A stretch of 64,000 nucleotides of DNA from a bacterium (lineage in GTDB: Bacteria > Zhuqueibacterota > Zhuqueibacteria > Residuimicrobiales > Krinioviventaceae): the NCBI GenBank assembly GCA_963674595.2, contig CAXXFV010000009.1:154175-218174 (forward strand), read 5' to 3'. The translations under genes were made by a program, and so were the position numbers. Below the pieces are notes generated by a model, which did not search any database, was not told the DNA's origin, and worked only from the letters and a program-made list of their open reading frames with translations. Positions 1-10,956 of the stretch are shown one piece after another. Position 1 is the stretch's first letter. Every line of letters starts with the position of its first letter.

Positions 1-8
1 CACCCAGG

Positions 9-632
9 TTGGAGGATAAATCAGAGGAATTTTTACAGTCTCTTGAAAGTGATAAATTGACTTTTGCTATCATTTCATTAGATGTTGTTGGTTCAACATC
101 TCTATCTATTTCTCTGAATCCCAGTACTTATGCAAATTTAATCTCTGTTGTTTTATGGAAATTAAGTGCAATTATCCCAAAATTTCATGGGCATGTTTTA
201 AAATATACCGGTGATGGTCTTATTGCATACTTTCCAGAGCCAGGTTTTATTACAAAAAACGATCTAGCCGTTGATTGTGCCGTGGCATTGAGACGAGTGA
301 TATATAAAGGATTGGATACAATATTTAAAGAGTTTGGTTGCCCTCCGATTGAAGTAAGAATCGGTATTGATACCGGTGAAGCATTTATTAAAATCATTGG
401 CGATCCTAGTACCAAACAACACAAAGATATAATCGGTGCTGTCGTCAGCCTGGCTGCAAAAATACAGGCTGTTACCAAACCAGGTGAAATATACATGGGA
501 GAAACGACCTGTAGAAATTTACACAATATGTGGAAAGAGAATATTGAGCTTGTTGAATTGAGTGATTACTGGAATTATAAAGGTAAAGACGGAAATATGT
601 ATAAGGTATATAAAATTAAATTTATAGAGTAG
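9..632 (+). CDS. Class III adenylate/guanylate cyclase domain protein, probably 5'-truncated by the window edge
   Basis: Motifs SLDVVGST, KYTGDG, RIGIDTG, DIIGAVVSLAAK. The frame is open back to the window start. Confidence 0.85.
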   Translation: MEDKSEEFLQSLESDKLTFAIISLDVVGSTSLSISLNPSTYANLISVVLWKLSAIIPKFHGHVLKYTGDGLIAYFPEPGFITKNDLAVDCAVALRRVIYKGLDTIFKEFGCPPIEVRIGIDTGEAFIKIIGDPSTKQHKDIIGAVVSLAAKIQAVTKPGEIYMGETTCRNLHNMWKENIELVELSDYWNYKGKDGNMYKVYKIKFIE

Positions 633-1019
633 TTTTAATAATGTTGGTAAACATTTAAAAACGATATTTTGTAAATGAAAGACCGGCACAAAATAAATTA
701 GCATACTATTTGGCTATTTTAAAAAATGTGTAGCAAATTTGTAGTACCTGAAAATAGTAAATATTTGCTTTTTACTGTTGAATTAAGGTTAAAATCGTTT
801 GTGATTTTAATTTATAATTTTTATAATTAATTGTACAGGTTAAATAGGCGAGGAATTGACTGATCCTGTCATTGGGAATTGAAACAGCCTTTGGCGCAAA
901 TCTATAGATGATGTAATAAATAGTTTTTTTTAATGGATTTCGGCTTTGATTACTGATAGATACTTGAAAAACAAGAACCGATATTAATAAAATATTCATT
1001 TTTGGTCAGGATAATAATT

Positions 1020-1676
1020 GTGTCAAAAATACAGATTTTGTTAATCGAAGACAACAACCTTCTGAGAGAAGGTATCGCTGCCATGCTCAACGATCATAGT
1101 GAATTCAAAGTCATCGCAAAATCTGAAGATGGTGATGCGTTGCTTCAGGTAAAGAGCCTGAGGCAGCCCCCCGATGTTGTCCTTTTGGATCTGGGTCTGG
1201 AAAAAGTTAATAGTTTAAAGTTGATGGTCGTTCTTAAGAAAGAATTACCCACGACAAAGGTCATCGCAATGGACATTCTCCCCGATCACGTCGATATTAT
1301 TGAGTTTGTGAAAGCCGGGGGATCCGGATTCATTCTTAAAAATGCCCCTTTAATGGATTGGATCGAAACCATCAAGATTGTCGCAACAGGTGAAAAAGTA
1401 TTGCCCCCGGTTTTGACCCAATCACTCTTTACACAGATCGTCGATTTAGCCCTCAAAAAGAACCAGGGCATACCCACCGACTCTTACCAATTTACGAGTC
1501 GAGAACATCAAGTCGTCGATCTGATTGCGAAAGGCCTGAGCAACAAAGAAATTGCTGAATCACTCCACATCGCCACCTATACTGTCAAGAGCCATGTGCA
1601 CAATATCCTGGAAAAGCTGGAACTCAGCACACGTCTGCAGATAGCGGCCTTTGTTCGCAAGGGAGAATCCGAATGA
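1020..1676 (+). CDS. NarL/FixJ-family response regulator (REC + LuxR HTH), copy 1
   Basis: ILLIEDN, DVVLLD, GFILK, then TSREHQVVDLIAKGLSNKEIA...TVKSHVHNILEKL. GTG at 1020 aligns with the start of copy 2. Confidence 0.93.
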   Translation: MSKIQILLIEDNNLLREGIAAMLNDHSEFKVIAKSEDGDALLQVKSLRQPPDVVLLDLGLEKVNSLKLMVVLKKELPTTKVIAMDILPDHVDIIEFVKAGGSGFILKNAPLMDWIETIKIVATGEKVLPPVLTQSLFTQIVDLALKKNQGIPTDSYQFTSREHQVVDLIAKGLSNKEIAESLHIATYTVKSHVHNILEKLELSTRLQIAAFVRKGESE

Positions 1677-2426
1677 TCGGGTTCACATACTTATAATCAT
1701 TCACTTTTTAAAAAACATTACATCACCCCCTCCTGCTTTATCTCCTGAATAACGCATTTTTAAATTTCCTGAATATTATCTCATGTTTTTCCCTACAAGG
1801 AATTAGTTCTTTATAGTACTAAAGAACGAGTTCCTTTTTCATCCTTTTGGGCGATTGACTTTAGGGTTGAATTTGATTAACTACTATTATCAACAAAATT
1901 ATACAATGAAACATATAGTGATGACATAGATATTTAAAATCAAGTCAAAAAAAATAAGAGACCAAACAATGCAACTGAGCATTCATTATTATGTCCTGTT
2001 ATTGAGCGAACAAATGAGCAGGCTTTACGAGGGATTTCGAGACAAACTCATTGATATTCAAAACACGCATTTTCCGTTTGAAACTACAATTGATGTTGGT
2101 AATCCTGCCTCCAAAGACATACAATTGAAAAAATTTTATCACCAAACAGACCAGCACTTTGCCCATTATTATAAACAAGATCCACTTGCATTAGTGGTAG
2201 TCGGCGAAGAGAGAAGCCAGGCCATTTTTAAAACTTTGACGAAGCATAGGGATGAATATATCGGCGTGGTTGAAGGCGATTATACCACCACTTCTCTGCA
2301 CGATTTGGGCAAGATTATATGGCCCGTCGTCAAGGAGGCCATCGCGGGTGTAAATAAAAATGCCATGCGTGATCTGGAAATAGCGGTCGAGAGGCATAAA
2401 GTCGTTTTCGGAATTGACTTGGTGGG
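1068..2426 (+). repeat. 1359-bp near-identical direct repeat, copy 1 (copy 2 at 15422-16780)
   Basis: Constant offset of 14354 bp, with about 6 substitutions seen by eye. Covers most of narL, the intergenic region and the 5' part of the baeRF3 gene. Confidence 0.97.
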
Positions 2427-2575
2427 CATATTGTGGACAGAGTCTTCTTTCACATATAATGTGGAAGAAGACTATCATCTAAAAGGTAGTACACGCAAAA
2501 CGGATCAAGGCTTGTTAATATCAAAGTAAGTGGATATTAACAAGGTTCTTGATGATGTGGTGGATATAATCATAA
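1969..2575 (+). pseudogene. baeRF3/Balon-like release-factor homologue, copy 1, interrupted by TAA at 2527-2529
   Basis: Near-identical to 16323-17024 up to position 2426. After the stop the frame continues VDINKVLDDVVDIII, matching VDLREVFDDVVDIII of copy 2. Confidence 0.75.
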
Positions 2576-2602
2576 TAATAATTCTTATTAATTATTAAAA
2601 GT

Positions 2603-3376
2603 ATGGTGAAAAATATGAAAAAAAGAGTCGAGAAAAAAGTTATTGTCGTAACTGGTGGTGCATTGGGAATAGGACGAGAAACATGCATTTTATTAGCAAA
2701 AGAAGGTGCAAGCGTTGCCGTAACAGATATACTTGAAAAAGAAGGTCAAGAATTAGTTGGAGAAATTAACAATATAGGTGGAACTGCAAAATTCTGGCAT
2801 CTTGATGTATCTCACGAAAAAGAAGTGGAAAAGGTTTATGCCAAAGTAGTTAAAGAATTTGGGAGACTTGATGCAACTGTGAACAACGCAGGAATAGCAG
2901 GTGCAGACAAGCCAACTCATGAATTAACTGAACATGAATGGGATGCCGTGATGAATATAAATGTTAAAGGAGTTTTCTTTTGCACTAAACATGCGGTTCT
3001 ACACATGAAGAAATCAGGCGGTGGAAGTATAATAAATTTGTCCTCGATTTATGGTTTAGTTGGGGCCGGAGATATACCTCATTATCATGCTTCAAAAGGT
3101 GCTGTTAGGTTAATGACCAAAAATGATGCGTTGATCTATGCAAAAGATAATATAAGAGTAAATTCTGTACATCCCGGATTTATTTGGACGCCATTAGTTG
3201 AAGAATTAGGTAAAAATACCCCTGGATTTAAAGATAAACTTGACAGGTTACATCCTATAGGACATATTGGAGAATCCATAGATATAGCATATGGAATTCT
3301 TTATCTTGTATCTGACGAATCAAAATTTGTTACTGGAAGTGAGTTAGTTATTGATGGTGGTTATACCTGTAAGTGA
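2603..3376 (+). CDS. SDR-family NAD(P)-dependent oxidoreductase
   Basis: TGGALGIG, NNAG, YHASK catalytic motif, VNSVHPG, VTGSELVIDGG. Confidence 0.95.
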   Translation: MVKNMKKRVEKKVIVVTGGALGIGRETCILLAKEGASVAVTDILEKEGQELVGEINNIGGTAKFWHLDVSHEKEVEKVYAKVVKEFGRLDATVNNAGIAGADKPTHELTEHEWDAVMNINVKGVFFCTKHAVLHMKKSGGGSIINLSSIYGLVGAGDIPHYHASKGAVRLMTKNDALIYAKDNIRVNSVHPGFIWTPLVEELGKNTPGFKDKLDRLHPIGHIGESIDIAYGILYLVSDESKFVTGSELVIDGGYTCK

Positions 3377-3606
3377 TGAGTTTAAAAACGTGAGCGAACA
3401 AATGTCATTTATTATAGAGGATGAAATGAAATATCAGACGTTTAGGTTTAAGTTAATTGATGTTCAAACTTTTGTATCCTCTTTCGGCTTAATATAATGG
3501 AGATCAAACTTGAAATGATATACACTAATTCCTCCTCATTGAAAGGCTCAGGAAAATTATTTTCATATATCCCATGTCTGGTTGAAACCTGTTACTATGG
3601 GACAAA

Positions 3607-4815
3607 ATGTTTATGATCCACCTCAAAGACTTTTATCGTAAGCTGGGAGCACTGCTTGAAAATATAGATGAAGGATGGACAAAAGAAGACTTTTTATTTT
3701 CTGTCATTTCCAAGTTGAAAAGCTCTTTCGGACAAGATTTGCATATTGGCAACGGTCGTCTTTACGTTGAGGAGTTCGATCAGTATCTTTTAGTAAGACA
3801 TTCTGAACGGAATGAGACCGCAGATCAGGGAGGTTTAACAGCACTATATCTAGATATAGTACGTCTGGTGATTGGACATAGGAGTTACATTTTTGACGAT
3901 CAGTCCTTGGGCATCAATAGTAAAAGCGATCAGACTAGAGACTATACCATTCCTGCTGTGTTTTTGGTTCATAATCCCGACAAGAGATGGAAATTCGTTT
4001 TTACTCTTGAAAGAGAGTGGATACGGGAAGAAATTGAATTTTGTTTAAATGCTGTACGACCATTACTGAATTATCGCCTCCACGCAACAGCAATGAAAAA
4101 TAATATGCAACAAGCAACACTTGTACGACAGAGCCTTTTGCCAAGCAGCCTGCCACAAATTGGCGGGTACGAAATAGCAGCTCAATCATATCCAGCAGAA
4201 GTCGTTGGTGGTGATTTTTATGATTTTAAAGTTTTTGATAATCAAGTGTTTAGCGTAGCGGTTGGCGATGCTAGTGGCCACGGGGTACCAGCAGCGATTA
4301 TGGTCCGAGATATTGTAACAGGTTTACACATGGGAGTAGAAAAAGAGATGAAAATGGCCGAGTCGCTGCAAAAACTAAATAATGTTTTACACCGCAGCCG
4401 TGCTCTGTCGTCAAGTTTTGTCTCACTGTTTTATGGTGAAATAGAATGTAATGGAAATATTTTTTACGTGAATGCCAGCCACATCCTCTACCACTTTTGG
4501 TTTATAATTCAAAAGTTAGTCAACTCAATTCGACTAGGGTTATTCTCGGTGCAGTTTCTGATAACACATTACATCGTGACGCCTCAACCATTGAACCAGG
4601 TGCTGTTTTAGTTTTGGCGATGGTTTGTTTGAAAGATTCGGTCCTGATTAGGAAGATTTTGGTCTCGCTCAATTAGAAAGAATAGTTGTTCAAAATCAAA
4701 AAAAAGTGCTCAAGAGAATCTTGAAGTTATTTATTAGTCCGTTTATGCGTTCGGAAAAGATTTTAAATGGTAGGATGATGTTACTATTGTAATTATAAAA
4801 AGATTGAGTACATGA
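3607..4815 (+). pseudogene. PP2C/SpoIIE (RsbU-like) phosphatase with degraded C-terminus
   Basis: VGGDFYD, VGDASGHG and VNASH are in frame. The rest (HPLPLL..., DGLFER, DDVTIVIIKR) lies in shifted frames, with TAG at 4649, 4735 and 4771. Confidence 0.8.
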
Positions 4816-4897
4816 AGGTTGCATATGATAATATTACGTGACTGTTGCATGGATTTATAAACAACCAACTTGGTTAATTTCTGATAGTAAGGAGAAG

Positions 4898-5028
4898 TTG
4901 ATATTGGAAAAATTTGTTGATCATGTGATGAAATATTTGGTCGATAGACTGACGTTGAAGTGTTAGAAAGAATTATCGAAAAGCCTGGTGGTTTGAATGC
5001 TGAATCTTCCACTAAATTGAAAACTTAA
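4898..5028 (+). pseudogene. Degenerate KH-domain (KhpA-like) gene remnant
   Basis: AAGGAG, then LILEKFVDHVMKYLVDR, which aligns with LLMKEFIEYVIKHLVDN of the KH gene at 5591-5851. Confidence 0.6.
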
Positions 5029-5057
5029 TTCAGCGAATAAAAATAAGGAGATGTATC

Positions 5058-5489
5058 ATGGCACTAGCAAGATGGCAAGAGATTGAGAACATGTTTGATC
5101 GCTACACGAGAGCGATGGGGCTACCTCGATCTGGAAATCAAGAGGTTATTGCAACAGGTGACTGGGCCCCTAGGGTAGACATTGCTGAAACCGACAAAGC
5201 ATTCGAGATAAAAGCGGAGATTCCTGAAGTCAACAAGGAGGATGTTAAAGTTACTATTGACAATGGCGTCCTGACGATTCGGGGAGAGAGAAAACAGGAA
5301 AAAGAAGAGGAAGGAAAAAAGTTTCACCGAATTGAACGATACTATGGGAGTTTCACCCGTAGCTTTACATTGCCTGACAATGTCGATGAAAATAAAATAA
5401 AGGCTTCTTTCAAAGATGGAATGCTGAATCTCCAGATTCTAAAGACTGAAGTGGCTAAACCAAAAGCCATTGAGGTCAAAGTGGAATAA
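5058..5489 (+). CDS. Hsp20/alpha-crystallin small heat-shock protein
   Basis: WAPRVDIAET, NGVLTIRGER, ERYYGSFTRSFTLP, ASFKDGML, and C-terminal IEV. RBS AAGGAG. Confidence 0.96.
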   Translation: MALARWQEIENMFDRYTRAMGLPRSGNQEVIATGDWAPRVDIAETDKAFEIKAEIPEVNKEDVKVTIDNGVLTIRGERKQEKEEEGKKFHRIERYYGSFTRSFTLPDNVDENKIKASFKDGMLNLQILKTEVAKPKAIEVKVE

Positions 5490-5518
5490 AGGAGAGCAAC
5501 TCTAAGCATTGGCGGAAC

Positions 5519-5553
5519 ACTGGTTGGGAAACGCAACTATTCTCCCAACCAGT
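5519..5553 (+). other. Intergenic hairpin after hsp20 (11-bp stem, no U tract)
   Basis: ACTGGTTGGGA ... TCCCAACCAGT. Confidence 0.6.
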
Positions 5554-5590
5554 TGGTCGTATAAGTGAAAATTCCAAAAACTAAAAAAGG

Positions 5591-5851
5591 ATGTTGCTAA
5601 TGAAAGAGTTTATTGAATATGTGATTAAACATTTGGTTGACAACCCTGACAAAGTTCATGTTGCAGAAACTATTGGCGAACATACTGCCTTATACGAACT
5701 TTGGGTGAACGACAGGGATATGGGAAAAGTGATCGGTAAAAGAGGACAAACAGCAGACTCTCTCCGAACTATACTGGCAGCAGCCGTATCAAAAAGCGGA
5801 AAACGATACGTTTTGGAAATAGTGGATAGGAATTACTCAAGAGAAAACTAA
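5591..5851 (+). CDS. khpA: KH-domain RNA-binding protein (KhpA/UPF0109 family)
   Basis: MKEFIEYVIKHLVDNPD and DMGKVIGKRGQTA (GxxG loop). Alternative start at 5600. Confidence 0.88.
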   Translation: MLLMKEFIEYVIKHLVDNPDKVHVAETIGEHTALYELWVNDRDMGKVIGKRGQTADSLRTILAAAVSKSGKRYVLEIVDRNYSREN

Positions 5852-5993
5852 TCACAATACAAAAATTCAGACAGGGCTATATTGGCTCTTAATTCTGTTT
5901 TGCATTATGAATTGAACGAAGAAATACGTTGGCATGATGATGGTGGCAATAATCTATGAGGTATTATTAAAAAGTGAAAATATTTGATATAAA

Positions 5994-7160
5994 GTGGGGA
6001 AATATCTAATGCACATGGATCCCGTAATGGTTATGCTGACTATTGCTGTCCTGGCAATTTTAATTGTAGGTTTTTTCATACATTGGGTAAAGCAGCCGTA
6101 TGTTGTCGCCTATATGATCGTAGGTGTGATAATTGGGCCTCATGGGCTTGCCCTCGTCAGCGATCAATTAGATTTGTCGAAAATTGGCTCTATTGGTGTT
6201 CTGTTGCTATTGTTTTTTACAGGAATGGAAATATCATTGCCTCGTCTCATTTCCCATTGGCGTGTAGCCGTCATTGGAACACTACTTCAGATTTTAATTA
6301 GTGTGGGCATCCTTTGCGGATTGGGTTATTGGTTTAATTGGCCCCTGGCACAAAGTGTACTGCTGGGATTTGTGATTAGCTTGAGCAGCACTGCTGTGAT
6401 AATTAAAATTCTTCAGGAATGGAAAGAATTAGACACAGATGTAGGCAAGGATGTGATTGGTATATTGCTAATTCAGGACCTGGCAATAGTTCCTATGATT
6501 ATATCCATCAATTTTCTTGGTGGGGCTGCTTTCAATCTTGCGGAAATTATACTACAGATTATAGGAGGTCTTGTTATTATTGCTTTGCTCATCTGGATCC
6601 TTATCAAACGAGAGTTCAAAATGCCCTTTGGACATCTTCTTAGAAAGGATAATGAACTTCAGGTATTTTCCGCTTTTACACTCTGTTTTGGCCTGGCTTT
6701 CATCACCGGGGTATTTAACTTATCAGCAGCATTAGGCGCATTTATAGCTGGTATTTTAATCTCTGTTGCAAAAGAAACTGCCTGGGTGTATAAACGATTG
6801 GAACCATTTCATGTGGTTTTCGTTGCGTTCTTTTTTGTGAGTATTGGAATGCTGGTTGATTTGAATTTTGTACGAGATAACTTGATACTTGCTTTAAGCT
6901 TAGTAATATTATCAGTTTTGATCAACACAGTAGTGAATGCAATTATTATGCGCTTTTTAGGAGAAAGTTGGAGAAGCAGTTTATATGGTGGAGCATTGCT
7001 TTCACAGATTGGTGAATTCAGTTTTGTATTGGCCGCTATAGGAATTGAAACGGCTATTATAACCACATTTAGCTATCAGATGACGATCATCGTTATTGCA
7101 TTAACGCTTTTGCTCTGTCCGCTATGGATATTATCAATGAAGCGTTTTACAAAAAGATAG
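5994..7160 (+). CDS. Cation:proton antiporter (CPA2/Kef family), transmembrane part only
   Basis: LSSTAV, ILLIQDL, LGAFIAG, FFVSIGM, LSQIGEFSFVL. Confidence 0.92.
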   Translation: MGKYLMHMDPVMVMLTIAVLAILIVGFFIHWVKQPYVVAYMIVGVIIGPHGLALVSDQLDLSKIGSIGVLLLLFFTGMEISLPRLISHWRVAVIGTLLQILISVGILCGLGYWFNWPLAQSVLLGFVISLSSTAVIIKILQEWKELDTDVGKDVIGILLIQDLAIVPMIISINFLGGAAFNLAEIILQIIGGLVIIALLIWILIKREFKMPFGHLLRKDNELQVFSAFTLCFGLAFITGVFNLSAALGAFIAGILISVAKETAWVYKRLEPFHVVFVAFFFVSIGMLVDLNFVRDNLILALSLVILSVLINTVVNAIIMRFLGESWRSSLYGGALLSQIGEFSFVLAAIGIETAIITTFSYQMTIIVIALTLLLCPLWILSMKRFTKR

Positions 7161-7198
7161 ATAGTTTAGATAAAAGTGAACATAAAAAGGAGACTAGC

Positions 7199-8089
7199 AT
7201 GATTTTCATTTTAGTAGTAATTATCACCGTTGTAGCCTTTTTTGTATGGCGAGTTTTTAAGAGTAAGGTAAAGCAAAACCAGGTTCAATTTCGATCTGTT
7301 AGTAGAGTCAGCCTCCTTGCTGTTGGCATATTTGGAATTCTTGCTTTCATTCAGTGTTTTACACAGGTTCCCGCTGGGCATGTTGGTGTAGTTGATTTCT
7401 TTGGCATTGTGTCAGGGAAAACACTCCCTGCCGGAATTAATTTTGTTAATCCATTTGCACGTGTTATTAAATTCTCAATTCAGACCAAAGAACATAAAGA
7501 AACCATGGAAGTGCTCAGCCGAGAAGGGTTGACAATTGGCCTGGAGATCAGTGTGCTTTATAGGCTCAATCCTGATTCTGCTGCACGCGTCTACAAAACC
7601 GTTGCCGGTGGTGACTATGAAACCATTATTCTTATTCCTCAATTTCGGTCTATCAGTCGTGCTGTTACTGCAAGTTTTCAGGCCAGTGCGCTTTATTCAG
7701 CCGAACGAGACCAGCTCGGATTGGCCATTCAGGAAGAACTTGCCAGGATTGTTGCCCCACGAGGAGTAACTATTGAAACAACCCCGCTGCGAAATGTTGC
7801 ATTGCCGGTTCAATTAACCGAAGCGATTGAGCAAAAACAGAAAGCAGACCAGGAAAGCCAACGGATGGAATTCATCTTAACCAAGGAAAAGCAAGAAGCT
7901 GACCGGAAACGAATTGAAGCAAAAGGCATTGCTGATTTCCAAACTATCGTTGCTGCTGGAATTAGCGAACAATTGCTACGTTGGAAGGGTATTGAGGCGA
8001 CAGAGAAACTTGCAAGTTCGCCAAACACCAAAGTGATCATCGTCGGCGGTGGGAAAGACGGTTTGCCGGTGATACTGGATACAAAGTAA
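7199..8089 (+). CDS. SPFH/prohibitin-family membrane protein
   Basis: AGGAG before ATG 7199, two TM segments, VPAGHVGV, AIEQKQ and RIEAKGIA. Confidence 0.92.
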   Translation: MIFILVVIITVVAFFVWRVFKSKVKQNQVQFRSVSRVSLLAVGIFGILAFIQCFTQVPAGHVGVVDFFGIVSGKTLPAGINFVNPFARVIKFSIQTKEHKETMEVLSREGLTIGLEISVLYRLNPDSAARVYKTVAGGDYETIILIPQFRSISRAVTASFQASALYSAERDQLGLAIQEELARIVAPRGVTIETTPLRNVALPVQLTEAIEQKQKADQESQRMEFILTKEKQEADRKRIEAKGIADFQTIVAAGISEQLLRWKGIEATEKLASSPNTKVIIVGGGKDGLPVILDTK

Positions 8090-8626
8090 CTGCTTGCCAT
8101 AGAGGACATTACAGAACGAACGCAACTGGAAGAAAAATTAGCCAAGTCTGCAATCACCGATGATCTAACTGGTCTCTACAATAGACGGGGTCTTTTTGTT
8201 CTGGCGGATAAGATGTTAAAGTTATCCAAGAGGCAAGGGAAGGGAATTTTTATGCTTTATATAGACTTGGATAATTTAAAGAATATCAATGATTCATTCG
8301 GACATTCTGAAGGAGACAAAGTCTTAATTAATAGTGCAAATATACTGAGAGAAGTTTATCGGGAATCCGACATTATAGCTCGTATTGGAGGGGATGAGTT
8401 TGTCGTTCTACCCGTCGGAACTGATGGTGACAGTTCTGATAAAATCATCTCTCGCCTGAGAGGCAGATTGGACGCATTTAATTTAAAAAATGATCCCGGA
8501 TACAAGTTGTCATTAAGCACTGGTATTGCATACTATGGCCCTAAATCCAATTTATCTATGAATGAACTAATAGTACGTGGCGAAAAATCTATGTACGAGT
8601 ATAAAAAATTGAAAAATAGAACTTGA
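8090..8626 (+). pseudogene. 5'-truncated PAS(PAC)-GGDEF diguanylate cyclase (internal ATG at 8213)
   Basis: From 8090 the frame reads LLAIEDITERTQLEEKLAKSAITDDLTGLYNRR, then DLDNLKNINDSFGHSEGD and RIGGDEF. It has no start codon of its own upstream of the DxLTGL motif. Confidence 0.8.
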
Positions 8627-8672
8627 AACTTTGGCCCTTTTAAAAAAGACTATGCCAATATAAAGGTTTAAT

Positions 8673-10956
8673 ATGAAAAATAAAGAAACTGCTTCAACCG
8701 TTAATCGTATCGCTTTCATTGGCAATTACTCGCCACGTCAGTGCGGCATAGCCACATTTACCACTGATTTGTGTGAGGCCATTGCTACTGAATATAAGGA
8801 TTTAACATGCATTGCACTGCCTGTGAATGACATTGCAGCGGGTTATGCTTATCCGCCAAGAGTTCGTTTTGAATTGACGGAAAAGGACATTAAATCATAT
8901 CATCGTGCTGCTGATTTTATGAATATCAACAAAGTTGATATAGCATGTTTGCAATTTGAATATGGCATTTTTGGTGGTCGGACAGGAAGTCATATTCTGG
9001 CACTCTTACGTGAATTGCGAATGCCTACTGTTACGACACTGCATACCATTCTTCAAAAACCTCATCCCGATCAACACCGAGTACTGAAACAAGTTGCAGC
9101 ATTATCCGATCGTCTGGTAGTGATGAGTGAGAGAGGAAAAGAATTTTTGCAGGAGATCTATCACGTAAGGCCGGAAAAGATTGATTTTATTCCGCACGGA
9201 ATTCCCGACGTACCTTTTGAAGATCCAAGTTACCACAAAGACCTTTTTGGAATGGAAGGAAAAACTGTTTTACTGAGTTTTGGTTTGCTTTCTGCTAATA
9301 AAGGTATCGAAACTGTTATTGCAGCCCTGCCCGAAATTGTCACTCGATATCCTGAAATAATGTATATTATTCTTGGAGCCACCCATCCACATGTTCTTGA
9401 ACATGAAGGTGAAAAATATCGTTTATCCTTGCAATGGTTAGCACATGAAAAAGGAGTGGAAAGCAATGTTGTCTTTTACAACCAATTTGTTAGTCTAGAA
9501 GAACTTGTACAGTTCATTAGTGCCGCAGACATTTATATAACACCCTATCTCGATGCAGCACAAATCACTTCAGGTACATTGGCTTATACTATTGGAGCAG
9601 GTAAAGCTGTTATTTCGACCCCTTATTGGTATGCAGAGGAGATGTTGGCAGAGGAACGGGGAATTTTAGTGCCGTTCAGTGATTCAACAGCATTGGCCAA
9701 ACAAGTGATACATCTGTTGGAGAATGAGCCCAAGCGCCATGCCATGCGTAAACGTGCCTATCTCTATGGCAGGAGCATGATTTGGCCTGAGGTTGCACAT
9801 CGTTATATGGAGAGTTTCAATCGAGCTCGTGAAGAAAAACGGAATTATGTTCACCTTGGTTTCGCAGCTTGGTCACTCGACAAACATCATGGTGAACTGC
9901 CACGCCTGAAACTCGATCATTTACGTCATATGACAGATGAAACCGGCATGATGCAGCATGCAATTTTCACAATTCCGAATTATAGTGAAGGCTACACCAC
10001 TGATGATAACGCACGAGCCCTTTTGGTTAGTGCTTTGTTGCAAGAATTGGGTGAAGGCGAAGTTTTGGCACTCAGTATGCGATATATGGCTTTTATCTGG
10101 TATGCTTTCAATGCAAAAAAACGGACGTTTTTGCAATTTTATGGATTATCGACGAAATTGGTTGGAAGATTGGGGCTCAAACGACAGTCACGGACGAGTG
10201 TTGTGGGCTTTGGGGATAGTACTAGGCAGATCAAATGTAACAGCGCTGCAAAGCATGGCTGGACACATATTTGAACAAGCCATACCTGCAATCCTTGATA
10301 CCACCAGCCCACGGGCATGGGCCTTTGCACTTTTAGGCATTGACGAATACCTTTATCGCTTTGAGGGTGACCGGAAAGTAGAACACGTACAGCAGGAATT
10401 GGCTGGGCGGTTACTTGGTTTGTATCAACGAAATCGTACGGATGACTGGCGTTGGTTCGAAACAAAGCTTACCTATTGCAATGCGTCTTTGCCACATGCA
10501 TTAATTATTTGCGGTAAATCAATCCAGAATGATTTAATGACCGATGCTGGAATGGAATCTCTTAAATGGTTTGCCTCAATACAACAAGGAAAAGGGGGCC
10601 ATTTTGTACCCATTGGTTCCAATGGCTTTTATGAGCGGGGGAGCGAACAAGCCCGCTTTGATCAACTACCGGTGGAAGCACAAACGATGGTTTCGGCATG
10701 CCTTGAGGCTTATCGGTTTTCTGGCGATAAAGAATGGCGAACAGAGGCACGCCGTGCCTTTGATTGGTTTCTGGGTAGAAATGATCTAAATCTGCCTGTC
10801 TATGACCCAACTACAGGTGGCTGTCGAGACGGATTACATTCGGATCGTGCTAACGAAAATCAAGGTGCAGAATCAACTCTGGCCTTTCTCCAGGCATTGC
10901 TGGAACTACGTCTGGCTGAAAATTTAATAAATACAATGGAGAACCAAACGCAATGA
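8673..10956 (+). CDS. GT4 glycosyltransferase fused to a C-terminal glycosidase-like domain; frameshifted at the A7 run 10115-10121
   Basis: ORFs 8673-10274 (PRQCGIATFT, TSGTLAY, GYTTDDNARAL) and 9958-10956 (DSHGR, FDQLPVEA, NQGAESTL) join if one A is removed. Confidence 0.85.

Noticed and set aside
857-907. tsaB/tsaD-like 5' remnant (GIETA) as an att site
   Set aside because: The match is five residues and needs a frameshift, which is too weak.
9-1676. Pycsar/CBASS system
   Set aside because: No effector gene follows the cyclase, and the upstream context is not visible.
3426-3497. 23-aa ORF with LIDVQ (isochorismatase-like start) and RBS
   Set aside because: Too short to support a family call.
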